64,000 bases of DNA from Marsupella aquatica (lineage: Eukaryota > Plantae > Marchantiophyta), in the NCBI GenBank assembly GCA_973895155.1, contig OZ316891.1:28815511-28879510 (forward strand), written 5' to 3'. The translations under genes were made by a program, and so were the position numbers. The notes below the pieces were generated by a model that was not told the origin of the DNA, searched no databases, and saw nothing but the letters and a program-made list of their open reading frames with translations. Below, in pieces: positions 38,260 through 51,440 of the stretch (position 1 is the first letter of the stretch; each line of letters opens with the position of its first letter).

Positions 38260-41097
38260 TAGCCAAAAGACCAAAGCCCTCTACAAGCCAGAGGCTTCTA
38301 TAGTAGCAAACTGCTAACGTCCATGGTAGAAGCCCATTCTTAAAGCCTTACTCAGGTTTGGTCAGTTCTCCGGTGCAGATGAAACTTGATGTAAGCTATT
38401 GTTATAGATACAGGAAAATAATACTACTGAATAGATTGTCAATGTGATTGTCAATGTGAACTCTTCCCTTTTTACAGTGTTATATTGGTGGTTTAAGACA
38501 TGACTTTAATTAAGCACATAAGAATTCCCAAGGAAGACATGAAATGCACACCTTTAGGTTTTCAAATTATTACACGGGTAGATCTTTTTATCTTTTCTTG
38601 GTTTTGGGTTTTGCATATATAACAAGGTCATCCTTGAACACGGGCTTAAACATGCTTCATTTTTTGTCTTGTAGTGATGTGTAAATGACAATAGGATAGA
38701 ATTGAATGAGAGAAGTGCACAAGTGTTGAAAAGTTGTGCACATAAGGGACAGACTCTCACTTGCCCTAATAACACTCGATCACACATTGAGCACATAATT
38801 TACACAAGATTCTCCCTTGCCGTAGGTAATGGCAATAAAAGCCAAAAGCTTAGCAAATGAAAGTATGAGAAGGACTTAAAGTAGGAGGTGTCCATATCCC
38901 AAAGTTTCAATTATCTCTCTCACTTACTAGAATTGGGAGAAATTTCATACATTTTGCTAAATGGGTGGATGCACTGTGTTGAAAACTAAATGTAGTGGGA
39001 AAGGAGAGCTCTAGGATAGTAAGATAAGAAAACACTTAGAGTTGTGCCAAAATAAATTTAGATTATGAATCATACAAATGATGCACCTTGTGATGGCACA
39101 TTGAAATAAAAACATGATAAAAATCTTAGTAAGATAAAAATACTATAGGTGGATTTGCCATACAACAGTGTCAATTATTATGCACTTCCCTTCTTCTTTT
39201 GCATTTCGTGTTGAAACCCCTCTACACCTTTTCTTCCTCTTCATTCTACTTTGTTTGGCCCATTTTAGTACATAAACGTGGACTGATTTCCTGGACCCCT
39301 TTTGCTTTGGCACTTTTTGTCTGGTAAATTGGCCTTTTGCTTTTTAGTCCATGTACTTTGTTTGGTCCTTTTAGTAAATAGGTCCTTTTAGATTTGTTAA
39401 AAGTATTAAAGTCCCAGTTGGCACTCGGTTCCACGCGAACGCGTCTTCGTCTCTTTCGTTCCTCTCTTCCCACACATTTCAAAAAGTAGTCGCGTATCAC
39501 TCTGTCCTCGCCGACTCCCAACCACCCCTATGTCCAGACTCCAGAACTGTCCTTTGAGTAAGGTAAAGGGGTGTCAAGGAGCGAAAATCTGGGGCCGGTA
39601 CACTTAACGTTGCGTAAGAACTTGAGCGAGTGGAGACATGGACAACTGGACTGGACACCAAACTCCAGTACCGTAGTCTGGATCTTGCTCGCTACGTGTA
39701 TTCGCCAAAAGTTATTATAAATTGCTCTTCGATTATTGCTATTGGCCACTTTTAATTCTCTTGGCCAAGACGTTTCCTCTTATTGCCACTGGCCACTTTG
39801 ATTTTTTCCCTCCCAGACAGTTTTCTGAGTAGATTTCTTCAGGGATTTCGCTGGTACTTACACTGGCTAGAACCCATGTTGGTGACAGAAGTCTTCCCAG
39901 TAGTTTGGCCCCCTGAACATTTTCAGGCTGTTATGTCTGGAATTTTAATTCTTCCAATTTTTTCCAAATGGCCATTTTATTTTTTCGGACTGAAGTGATA
40001 TTTGTGTGTTTGGTGCCAGATTTTTTAAATTAATCATGTTTCAGCAACTATGATATTGGAAAGGTGGAGATCAATGTTTTGGAGCTGACAAAATGAAAGC
40101 CTAGATGGACCCTCCAAGTCTGCCAACATGCTCCAGTAGGCTTTTGTAATTGCCTTTCCCAGATATCTTTAACACACCAAAATAAGATTCCAATGGATAT
40201 GAAGAAATCCCACTGGCGGAGGAATCTTTATCAATTCTTCATTAGACTATGAGGGATACTAAACTGGTTGGAAAAAACTTCCAACCCCCCCCCAAAAGTG
40301 TCAATTCTTTCAGAGATCAAGGGAAAACTTCACTGTTTACAACTTTTTGGAAACGAGAATTAGTGGAATTTTCAAAGAGTCAGGGTCATAGGATTTGCAT
40401 GGTTTAATAGCTTTAATCCAGCAGTTCTTAAGTGGAAAATTTGCAAATTTTAATTTCCAACGAGTCTTTGCCACTTTTGGTGAATCTTTGTTAGACTTTT
40501 TGTCTTTGATTTGTAGTTTCTCACCTAGGCCAAGACCCATTAGTCACAAGCTAGCAGCTATCCTTAAATCAAAGGAGTTCTAACAATCAAACTAACCTAA
40601 GAAAATTAGTAAAAACCATTATTAGCATCTTCTCTTTTGCACTAGGTGACATGGGGCCAAAGGCCTTATAACTACAAGAAAAACCTTATAACTAAAATAA
40701 ATTACCGTGGATTTGGTTCATAAAAACATCACTTTTGGAAATCACAGTACTCTGAAGAAATGGTTAATCATAAATTAGGAAAGTTTGCTTCTACATGGAA
40801 AACCTCCTCTTTGGGTAAGGTCACTTTACACTCGAAAACCAAGATTAAACGAATAAAAAAAGGTATGATAATAAGGTATGGCACAAAAAAATTAATGTAT
40901 ATATATAAAGATGTATTTTCTTGATCAATCCTCAAAATGAAATTTGTTATTTGATGGATCCTCTGAGGTCTATCAACGATCCAGATCTGAGATCAAAAAG
41001 TTCATCAAGGATCCCGATTGAGTAAAAGTGTGGACGAGGTTGATTAAGCACACTATTTCACATAAAGGAATCTACTAAGCAGATCTCTCATATAGAG

Positions 41098-41495
41098 ATA
41101 CTAGCCCGGACTACCGATTCTTTGAAAGTGAATAGTGGAGAGAACAATAAAAATGTTATCAAAATATATTTCTTATTCACATGTTTTGAAGATTAATAAA
41201 ATGATAAAAAAATTATCATGCATATCATTATTTTAATAATTATATTACTACTCTTTTCTATGCACATCCTACTTTCAGTTTTTCTATCACACATCACACT
41301 TATACACATATAATATGGTGGGATCATAAACATTAGTTTTTAATATAAATAGAAATCATACTAAAAAGCAAAATCATAGACATGAGTTTTTTCATCCACA
41401 TGATGAATCATGGTATTATGGTCTAGAGATTTCATTCTAGAAATCTAGATCCCAACCCTAGCTTATAGTTAAAAATTTATAAATAAGATTTACTT
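41098..41495 (-). mobile_element. Partial paralogue of the TIR repeat that hosts the Helitron, in reverse orientation and without the Helitron
   Basis: Matches the reverse complement of ~12310-12550 followed almost directly by the reverse complement of ~6730-6878, e.g. TTTCATCCACATGATGAA.CATGG..TTA.GGTCTAGA. Confidence 0.75.
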
Positions 41496-43948
41496 GATCT
41501 TTTATATATAAATAAAATTACGTACAAATATACGTGAAGGTATTTATGAGACTACTGTGGTCCTGTAGCACTCGGGCCCCTGTAGCACTCGGGCCCGCAC
41601 TGGGGGCTGCTGGTCAGAATCCGAGTCGAGTGAGTCAACAAACAAGAGGAGGGAAAATGGAAATGGGAATAGAGGGCGGCTCGTTGAAGCATGTAAAACA
41701 TTGTCAATATTATCCTGGGTGTCACGCGTGTAAGACTTTATCACTCTGTAAGTGAGTAAGTCCTGCACTACAGCCTACTGGTCAGAAGGCACAGCCGTAG
41801 ACCCTCATAATGGTTATCAGATCGAAATATTCCTCGAATGACGCGGGTGGGCCGACTTGGTCGTCTGACCCTACCTGACTTTGCTGTACCCACGAGGGTG
41901 CTGACTGAGTCAAGAAATGGTCGAATAGAAATGCACAACGTGGGAAATCCTGAACCCTCAGGTCTGCTTCTGACTGTACTTGGCAGGTGCACTGTCACCG
42001 TCGATTCTTCCCTGATAGCAAGTCCTCGGGTCTCAAGCGTTTTGGACTTGATTAAGAGTGTCGAGGGAATGAGGGATATTTAAAAAGAAACATATATATT
42101 ATATTGTATACCTCTGGAATATAATATAGTTTGAGAGTCAAGTTTGGTGTTCATGATCTACACTCTAGATAAAGTCATAGGCAACAATACATCTTTTATA
42201 TGTAAATTAACCCTATGTGCATATATTGCACAGAAAAAGCAAGTGAGACAAGGAATTTGTTGAGAGATGAGGTTGTTTCTACCATGCAGTCATTTTGTCC
42301 ATATTGTTATTTGTGACTGGCTTGTGGAGTGTGCAAGTTTTGTGTGCAAGTTTTGTGTGCGGAATCTAGTTGAAAAGGGGCAAACTAAGAGGCAAAAGAG
42401 GGAAAAGCAACTAAAAAACCCCAGGAAGACCAAATAGCCAAATGTCCATGAGTCCTCTAGTCTGGGTAAAGGAACTAAAGCCCCACTCAATAATAAGCTG
42501 AAAAGCATGACATAGCACTGGAATAAGCCTCATAGGAGGGTCATGAAGAGAGATTTGTCCAAAGACTAGTGAATGTCTAAGCCTTCTATAGTGCTAGGCA
42601 CAATTGCTGTCCAAAGAAAGAATCAAAGATGGAAAACTTGGCAATAACTCACATATGCTGTTCTCAAATGTTAGTTATCAATAAACCAGTATCTTTCTTT
42701 TGTAAATGGTGGTCACACTTTTGGGTCTCAAAAGTTTGCTAGGAACAACAGAGTTGCATTGTTACATTGTGGCCCTTTGCATCATTTTACAAGAGTGCAC
42801 AGGTAATTGAAGTACTCATTAAATATAAAATGGGTTAAATTTGACAATTGCAGTGTGCCAAGTTTTTTCTCACTTTCTATAACTACAGGAATTGCAATAA
42901 ACGATGAATGAAGGATTCCAAAAATCTAATGGAGAATCGAGCATGTTAGCTTCAAGAGAATTTGCATTGATGCAGGTCATCTCATCAATTGCAAACTAAA
43001 CTCTATCAGATTCCCATGTTTGCAACAATTACTTCAAATTTTGCTATCAATTAACGCAAAAATTGCACTTAGCAAAACAATCTTATCATTTTGTCTTCAG
43101 CCCTTTTTTGTCTTTTCTACCAAAATGTATGTATATATAATTATATCACACCGCCAAAAACAAAAAGTCCAGATAGTCCCAAACCTAGAGACAGGACATC
43201 ATCCCAAAAGCAGAAGACCCCAGCAAATTGGAGAAAACCCCAAAACAAGGGAATTTTGTTTTCTTGCAGTCAGCTCTAAATCCTGCAGACAGATTTGTTG
43301 CACTTAGAGAGGGAGAATTTGTAACACACAACACGGAGAGGACATGTTTGTACGACTACCATAGTACCATTTTGATGGTACTTGCAACCGGAATAGTATG
43401 TCTTTAGTAAAGCAAACTACCGTAGGCGTTACCTTGTGCCGCAGTTCAGAATCCAGACTGTGGTTCAGACTTCAGACGTCATCTGTACGAATAACGGACA
43501 GTACTGCAGTTGTGCACAGTGACTGCTGGAGTTCGTGTTTGACACGATACGTCGAGGTTTCGTGTCAAATGGTTTTTGATGTTTTTGATCAAAATAGATC
43601 ATCAGTCGATTTTGGCTCAGGCAATTAATGGTCTTGATATTGTACAGAGCCATGTCTCGTCTGTCTACGGTACTCATGAGTCACGAGTCACGAGCATCAT
43701 TCTGTCTGCCTGCTAGCCTTAATTAGTGAGTGATCTGGACGGAGAGAAAAAGTGGCAAATCTCGACTTCCAGGCGATGGAAATGAAATGAATGGCTGGAA
43801 CTCTCTCTGAGAGGTTGATGCTGACGACGACGAATTCGCTGCATCGGTCTGGTGCTACAGTGGCTTGTTAAATTTGGGGGCCTATTGCCGACCGTTCTTG
43901 TGGCTTACGGCATCCTTTAGTGAGTCTTTGATGATCCTCCCATCCTTA

Positions 43949-44365
43949 GAGCATCTCCAACCCAAAGGTGTTTTCCTGCCATCCGTAGAGCATCTCCACC
44001 CCAAGGGGTTTTGGTTTTGCTTACTGGTATTGGTACATTCAATATTCATTCTCACATTGTCCTATATTTAGTTCACTACAAGTATTTTTAGGGGTGAATT
44101 GAAAAGCAGCCCTGATAAAGTAGTCTTCCCTGAACAGCAAGTATCAAGACCTGTCAGCAGTAGATTGAGATCTTAAAAACCAGCAATGAAACCCAATAAG
44201 GAGTCAACTATTGTATAATCTTTCCCATATACAAATCCAATAACCAAAAAACCTCTTTCCTGAAATATTACAATGAATAGTTCAAACCTAGCATTTTAGA
44301 TTTTCTTTACTAGGTTTGGTCACACCCAGTTTCAATAGCAAAACCCAGCTGGGTTGGAGATGCTC
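43949..44365. mobile_element. Tourist-like (PIF/Harbinger) MITE, ~417 bp
   Basis: TTA|GAGCATCTCCAACCCA ... TGGGTTGGAGATGCTC|TTA: perfect 16-bp TIR and TTA TSD. Confidence 0.9.
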
Positions 44366-46230
44366 TTATATTCAATTACAAAGACTTCCTGTTTCAAACA
44401 GATAATTTTTTATATTCTACATAAGCTTGTCTGCAGATCAGTTTCAGATAGGCTAGGTCCCTTGCAGGTAATCCACACATCAAAATGTGATAATAGGGTG
44501 TGCAGTCAGTGATTCAAAGAATATAAGACGATTTATCATGGTATGGACAAATGTACTACACTGTCTATGTCATATATTGATGCACAGTCACCAAGACCCT
44601 GTCTATGTCGTGCAATCACCAAGACCCTGTGACCCTGTCTATGTCATATATCGATGTGCAGTCACCAAGACCAGCTGGGTCCAGAGTGGAGTGAATTTGA
44701 TTGCATGATCTCCTTCTCCTTCTCCATCTTAATTAGATCAAAGCTTGATGACAGCAGGTCACACTCTTATTATTGGTGTGTCAGGAGGTGCGTTTCATTA
44801 TTGTGTTGTTTCTGTCGCTTTAGTGTATGGGTTTCGATGAGCTCAGTTTTAAACTTGGACCACTACTGCACCGTTGACTCCACCAACATAAACTGACTGG
44901 TGAACGCGATGGTCTTGTCCGACTTTGAAGGTGCTTCCCCGTTACTAATGGGATGTGGGGATTGCTCTTGCTTGATTGAAGGTCCTTCCCCTTTTGGATT
45001 GCTGGGATACTGTCCCAAGATAATCATGATTGATTCTATTGAACTGGATGTGACTCGAGTTGCTCAGATTATTCAGCTGTACATAAGTCCAAATACACGG
45101 ATACATCTGTGTGCGCTTTGGAGAAATTATTATTCTCAGTCAAAAATTCAACACCGAATTATCATGTTACTAGTCACAAGAAATTCAGGAAGTGAACAGT
45201 TTTTGATTAAGTATTGTTCAGACCCTTTCATTGGTTTATGTTGGGCATGAAATGCAAATTCCAGGTCAGCCCTGGTGGTCAGGTTTCCATGGAAGGCCTA
45301 CTCAGTTGACTCCAAGTTAATTTCCTGGCTGACCCAAACTTCACCTGAAAATTTTCAGTACAACTTTACAAGAAGTTGGGGGCGCTTGGGAGTTTTTTTC
45401 ACCAAAGCAAACAGGAGGGGTATCACACACACTAAATATAGTGTCTGGAGGCTAAAAGCATGTTTGGAATACTTTTATGGCCCCCAGGGTCTCCTAAAGC
45501 ACAATGAAGCGAGTGAGTGGTGTTAGATTAATTTGCTAAAAGACAGGTTAAGGACCCACTCCACCTCAATGTCACTTATTCTTTGGCTAAAGTATTTCTA
45601 GACATGACTAGAGAAAATCTTATGAAGGACTTGTGGTCCCTTTTTAGTGCAAATGACTTAAAATAAGAATGGACCAAGGGGCCAGAAGAAGAGACCTCCA
45701 ACAAAGGAGGTCTAAAATCTAGGACAATGGAGTGCTCCACATAAGCAAAAATTGGGCCCCACTCCATTCCATGTAGGATTGGTAACAGGCTTAGTTCAAA
45801 GTGCACACCCCCAACAATTTGTAAAGTGAAAAACAACTGTTTCGCCCAAATGGATGACCCTGATCAGATATTGGAAACAAAAAAAAGGTGGAACTGCCCC
45901 AAGTCCTGTAAAACCACCCATAAGGGTGAGAACCTTAGAGCTCTCCACCGGTTTAGGGCCACGTGACCGCTATCGGCAAATTTTACCCGGGATTTTACCT
46001 GGCGGTTTGCGGGCCCCATAGTTTAGGGGCCAACTTTAATTTAAGCAACTCCCCACCGGCAGGCCCCAAACATGGGCCCGCATTTTTGTGCCAACGTTTG
46101 TCCCAAGTAAAAAATCACCAAGAAACATTGGGTTTGCACTTCTCGACTCAATTCTCGTGCATTGCAGAGAGGCGCTTGGAGATTGCGCACATTCATAAAC
46201 ACAGGTTCTTGATTTCTCTTGTTCATAGCC

Positions 46231-47545
46231 ATGGCTACCACAATGTCATGGAGGGACAACTTGTTGAAGATGATAGAGGAAGACGGGGAAGTTTGGGAGG
46301 AGGAGCACAATTTCTGGGGGCAGATTTTGTTCACAGGACAATTATCAATTCAATCCATCGTACAAGGTGCATCAAGAAAGAGAAAGCACGGAGGGTCCAA
46401 GCCAGGCAAAACTCCAAATATGGACAGGAGGAGAGGCAAAGGTGCAGAGGATCTATGGAATGACTACTTCTCGGAAAATCCTACATATGATGAGCTGAAA
46501 TTCATAAGGAGGTATCGTATGAGTTCTAGGTTATTCAATAAGATTCTCTTAGCTGTGTGTGCACATGACAACTATTTTCAATTGAAATTTGATGCAACAG
46601 GAAAACCTAGTCTTTCTCCTCATCAAAAAATTACTGCAGCTCTCAGACAACTGGAATATGGTATAGGGGCATATACAACAGATGAATATTGTAGAATTGC
46701 TGAAACCACAACTTTGGAGTCTCTATACAGGTCTGTCAAAGCAATCAGACAATTGTATGAACCAGTATATTTGAGGAAGCCAACAGGGGAGGACAGGAAG
46801 AAGAAGCTTGCCATAAATGAACAAAGAGGGTTTCCTGGGATGTTTGGGTCCTTGGATTGAATGCATTGGGAGTGGAAAAATGCCCTGTAGCCTTGCAAGG
46901 TCAATACCAAGACAAGGACAAAACAAAATCCCTGATTTTAGAGGCAATTGTAGATCAGGAGTTGTGCATTTGGCATCCTTTTTTGGGGCTGGCTGGAGGG
47001 AACAATGACATCAATGTTCTAGACAAATCCCCACTCTTGAATGAGTGGTTGGCAAATGAGTCTGCCAATTAGGTCTCATTTCAGGTCAATGGAGTACAAT
47101 ATAGTCAAGCATATTTGTTGGTGGATGGTATTTACCCTGAATGGTCTATGTTTATTTCAACTGTGCATGTACCACAGTCTGAAAAATTGAGGCACTTTGC
47201 AAAATGCCAGGAAGGTGCTAGGAAAGATGTAAAGAGGGCTTTTGGAGTTTTGCAAGCCAGATTTGAAATTGTAAAAGACCTGCACTGTCTTGGTTTGTGG
47301 TTAACCTCACAAACATTTTAATGACATGTGTCATCTTGCATAACATGATCCTGGAGGATGAGAGAGAAGAGAACTTCACTCCATACTTGATCATTTGTCC
47401 ACCACCAGTGAGAAGAGGGGTGATGCCATGGTTGCAATTCTTGGAAGCTACCAGGCAAATTCACGACAAAGGCTCTCATTTCAAGCTAAGGAATGACCTT
47501 GTGGACCATTTATGGAATACAAAGGGTGCAAGCTATGGAAATTAG
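46231..47545 (+). pseudogene. Harbinger DDE transposase with stops and frameshifts
   Basis: LWNDYFSENPTY..F.RRYRMS, DATGKPSLSPHQKITAALRQL.YG, RGFPGMFGSLD*MHWEW, LILEAIVDQEL.IWH, NNDINVLDKSP, YLLVDGIYPEW, QEGARKDVKRAFGVLQARF, CVILHNMILEDE, LRNDLVDHLW. TGA at 46858, TAG at 47070. Confidence 0.95.
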
Positions 47546-47619
47546 CAATTGGGTGAGTTTTCACATGAGTTTTCACGGGTGATTACAAAATAAGTATGGA
47601 GTGTATAGGGTTTCACATA

Positions 47620-48237
47620 TTACAAAATAAGTATGGAGTTTTCACGTCCTAGCTTTCCAATCTCTTCAGCTGCTCCTTTGCAGCCCGATTGCCAGAAGCC
47701 CTTTTTTTCTGGAACCTTGATTGGACTCGGTCTCATCTCCATTTTTGCCTGGAAAATTATCAGAATCAAGCTCAACGACCTCTGGAGTTGGACCATCTCA
47801 TTTCTGTCCGATCTCTTGGCCTTCCCTTTCGGCATGTCGTTCTCTGGACTCATAAACCTTGGGCAATCCCTCAGAATATAATAGCAACAATCAAAAGCAA
47901 AGTTCTTAGGATGATTCTCCTTGTACAGCTCCTTGGCTAATTTCAAGGTGTCTTCGGCATTGGTTCCTGAAACCTGTCTCCTATCAACTTGCTTGTATGC
48001 TCCTATAAATTTCTGGACATCGTGCTTGATGTCTGACCACTTGCCTTCAAGTGATTTCTTGCCCATCATCTCAAATTCCTGACCCTTGTTTTTATGATAA
48101 TGCTCTGCTACTCGATCCCACAATTTCTCAGCTCTCTAGCCAGTTCCAATGACGGGATCTTGCGAAACATGGAGCATGTTGTAGCATAGCTGCTTCAACT
48201 CGCTTTCACTGTAATCTTTCCCTTGAGTGCTCGCCAT
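47620..48237 (-). pseudogene. Harbinger Myb/SANT-like (NAM-associated) accessory ORF, disrupted
   Basis: MASTQGKDYSESE..QLC...LHVSQDPVIGTG*RAEKLWDRV...SLEGKWSDIKHDVQKFIGAY...F.FDCCY.IL..CPRF, with an in-frame TAG at 48138-48136. Confidence 0.9.
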
Positions 48238-49887
48238 GATTCTTCTTTGTTGATCCTGCTGGACACGAGATTCGTGCAACAGTGCTTTTGCACGAGGATT
48301 TTCAGTTTTGCACGACAAATGCCAGTCCACCGCGGGAAAGTGACCGAGTGGGAAGTTTTTGCCACCCACCCTATGATGGCAACGTGTGCAGCAGTTTCCA
48401 TCGTTGATTCATTTGGGTCTCGATTTGGAGGTTCCAGGCTCCGACCTCCAATGCGACCAAATCTGGCGATCACGGTCCACAACTTGAATGACACGGACCG
48501 CAAATGAATTGAAGGTTGCGGGGTGGTGGTGGAGGGTGTATCCGGAAAACAAAGCCGCTATTTCCCAGGAATGGAGGTTATACGGGGCTGTTTGCAGGTC
48601 CCGGTGGAGACGCTCTTAGGGAGATCAAAACTTTGCATTAGGACACATGAAACAATGATGACAAAAGTGAGGGACGCTTTTTATTTTAAAGATATACTCT
48701 ACTCTACAAATATTTTGAAACAAAGTTCAATAAATACAAATCCCTTGAATGAAGGAGTCAAAGTTGAAGATGGTCCTTAATACAATCCTTCCACATCAGC
48801 ATTTCCTTGGAGAAGGATGATCAATAAAGACAAAAGACACTTACCACACTGGTATTTCTTTGGACCAACTGCTTGAGTATGGGATGGTAGACACCACACC
48901 CTAGTCCAGATTTAGCCTTGCTTGTAATCACACATCAACATGTGATAATATACAATGTGCATCATTGATTTAAACAAAATAACTAGGTTTATCATGATAT
49001 GGAGGGATGTCGTATACCATATATATGTCATATTTTGATGTGATGTGCAGTCAGATTTAGTCTTAGGAGAATATGTGTACAAAGATGCAATGCCCCTTGA
49101 CTTCTTGGAAAGCCACGGTGAGAGAAATGCCTACAGTCATATCTCTCTCAGTGCACATTCCATAATTGCAAAGACCCGGCTTTTTTTCGGAATGTGTCCT
49201 GTCAGTCCTCTTAAGTTTTCTCACAGTTTGAACTTCTTCTTTGCACCCTTTTAAAGTGCAAACAGGCCACACTGACTTCTGTCATATGATGCATTATAAG
49301 TGCAAAACCCATGATAAGTACACATGAACACTTATAGGTAAAACAGTTCCACCCAATTATACTTACCAATAAGCGCAGGGCATTTTTTGGCAGAATAGAA
49401 ATTGAACTTATGAGGTAGGACATCATGTTTATTTAGGGATGTGCACATGGAGGCACTCTAGCTGGCAGGGATAAATTCACATTTCCATGTTTTTGCACAT
49501 ATCACATAATGCAAACTCGTGTTAAGTGCACACTAGGGAGTAAGCTTCATAGTTACAAATGACTATTTTTGACTACAAACAAATAACCATAGCTTTTTCA
49601 AGATATCATCTACAAGGTTTTTTTTTCAGTTTCAACAGCCTATGTTGACTTATGGTCGTGGTATATGACCAGTTGACTTATGGTCATCATATATGACCAA
49701 TCTATATGACAAAACATTATGGATCATGAATTTGGTTGTCCAGATCTTTTCTGTCATCAAATTTTGAGATTTCGTACCCTCTATTGAATGTGCCCCTACA
49801 TATAATTGCACATCAAAATGTGACAATATCAAGTGTATGGCATCCCTCTTTATTCTTTACCATGATAAACCCAATTATTATCTTTAA

Positions 49888-50420
49888 CGAGCTCAATACT
49901 CGTGCGTTGCACAAAAGATGTCATGAAGCCCCAAGATGTTGTTTAGAGAAACTATGTCGTTAAGAGAAAAGATGTCATGTCACGATGTCGTTGAGACAAA
50001 AGATGTCACTACGCCCAAGATGTTGTTAAGAGAAATTAAAGATGTTAAGTATAAAATTATTGTTAAGTACAAAATGGTCCATAAGTAAAGTGATCTTGTT
50101 AGTCATATATGCTGTCAAGTCTCTGTTGCACAAAAGATGTTGTTGCGTAAATACATCATTGCATTTACAATATTGTTAAATAAAAGATATTGTTAAGTAA
50201 AATATGTGGTTGCTCGAAAGATGTAGTTGTGCAAAAGATGTAGTTCCCGATGTAGTTCACTAAAAGATATTGTTCGGCGAAAGATGTCAATGTATAATAG
50301 ATGACGTTGTGCTAAATATGTAGTTAAAAATATCATGGTGCGAAAGATAACTTTGTTAGAAAGATCTATTGCGTAAAAAAATGTCGAGTGAAAGATGTCA
50401 TGACACAAAGAGAGGCGATA
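49888..50420 (-). mobile_element. Second Helitron 3' end with a degenerate AAAAGATGTC array; 5' end not located
   Basis: CTCGTGCGTTGCACAAAAGATGTC at ~49899-49922 is identical to ~6890-6913. The terminal tetranucleotide is CTCG (one change from CTAG) followed by T. Confidence 0.75.
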
Positions 50421-50894
50421 ACCACCACCAAAGTACAACAAAATGAGAATGATTTTTTAAATTGTTTTTGTAATTTGTATCTTTTAAATACTTCTTTCTT
50501 TTTCACTATTTTTCTTGTCTTGTCCTTGTCTCATTGATTAGATTGTGCACTACTTTATTGATTATATAAAATATTTGTCATTAAACTCCTCTCATGATGT
50601 CATGATGCAACACTTCCTTTGCATGGATGATAAGGCATGGGACATAGTATGGCATGGATGATAGAAGGAGGAGCACTTTGTATGCATGATTAGCACTTCC
50701 TTTGCATGGATGAGATGACATGGGTGATAGAAGGAGGTGCACTTTGTATGCATGATTAGAAAAACGTGCTCACACAAAACATAATTATTTTCTCTTATTC
50801 CTTTTTCTTTTTATAGTTCCCTTTTCTTTCACCCAAAAAGCCTCTCCAAATTTAAATGGCTACCACTTCAAAAAAGTGGTGCAATAGGAGTTAA

Positions 50895-51440
50895 TTCATT
50901 AAGTGTCATTTTGCTTTTGTGCAATTATTGGACCTATGAATGCTTCTTCCCAGGAATGTGCAATTAGAGCGAGAGGACTGGAGGGATATGCTTACTAGAC
51001 CCCCTTGTGTAAAAAGTTTGCTTAATCAACCCCCTCTATATTTTTCCCCAATCTGGACCGTTGATGGACCTTTCGATCTCAGATCTGGGCCGTTCATAGA
51101 CCTTAGGGTAGGGGTTGATCAAATAACAAGTTTAGTTTAGGTTCATTAAGTGTCATTTTGCTTTTGTGCAATTATTGGACCTATGAATGCTTCTTCCCAG
51201 GAATGTGCAATTAGAGCGAGAGGACTGGAGGGATATGCTTACTTACTAGACCCCCTTGTCTAAAAAGGCTGCTTAATCAATCCCCTTTATATTTTTCCTC
51301 AATCTGGACCATTGATGGACCTTTCGATCTCAGATCTGGGCCGTTCATAGACCTTAGGGGGTTGATCAAATAACAAATTTTGTTTATGGGTTGGTCAAGT
51401 AACAAGTTTCATTTTGGGGGTAGATCAAGCAAATTACTCG
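50895..51440. repeat. ~247-bp tandem duplication overlapping a possible small Mutator-like MITE
   Basis: TTCATTAAGTGTCATTTTGC... starts at 50895 and 51142. Imperfect inverted ends GGGATATGCTTACTAGACCCCC / GGGGGTAGATCAAGCAAATTACTC. Confidence 0.8.

Larger units (their letters stand above)
45938..48615. mobile_element. Full-length PIF/Harbinger DNA transposon, inactivated
   Basis: TTA|GAGCTCTCCACCGG ... CCGGTGGAGACGCTC|TTA, enclosing convergent DDE transposase and Myb/SANT-like ORFs. Confidence 0.95.

Noticed and set aside
40000-40600. Possible LINE remnant (also 45250-45900)
   Set aside because: No diagnostic RT or endonuclease motif could be read.
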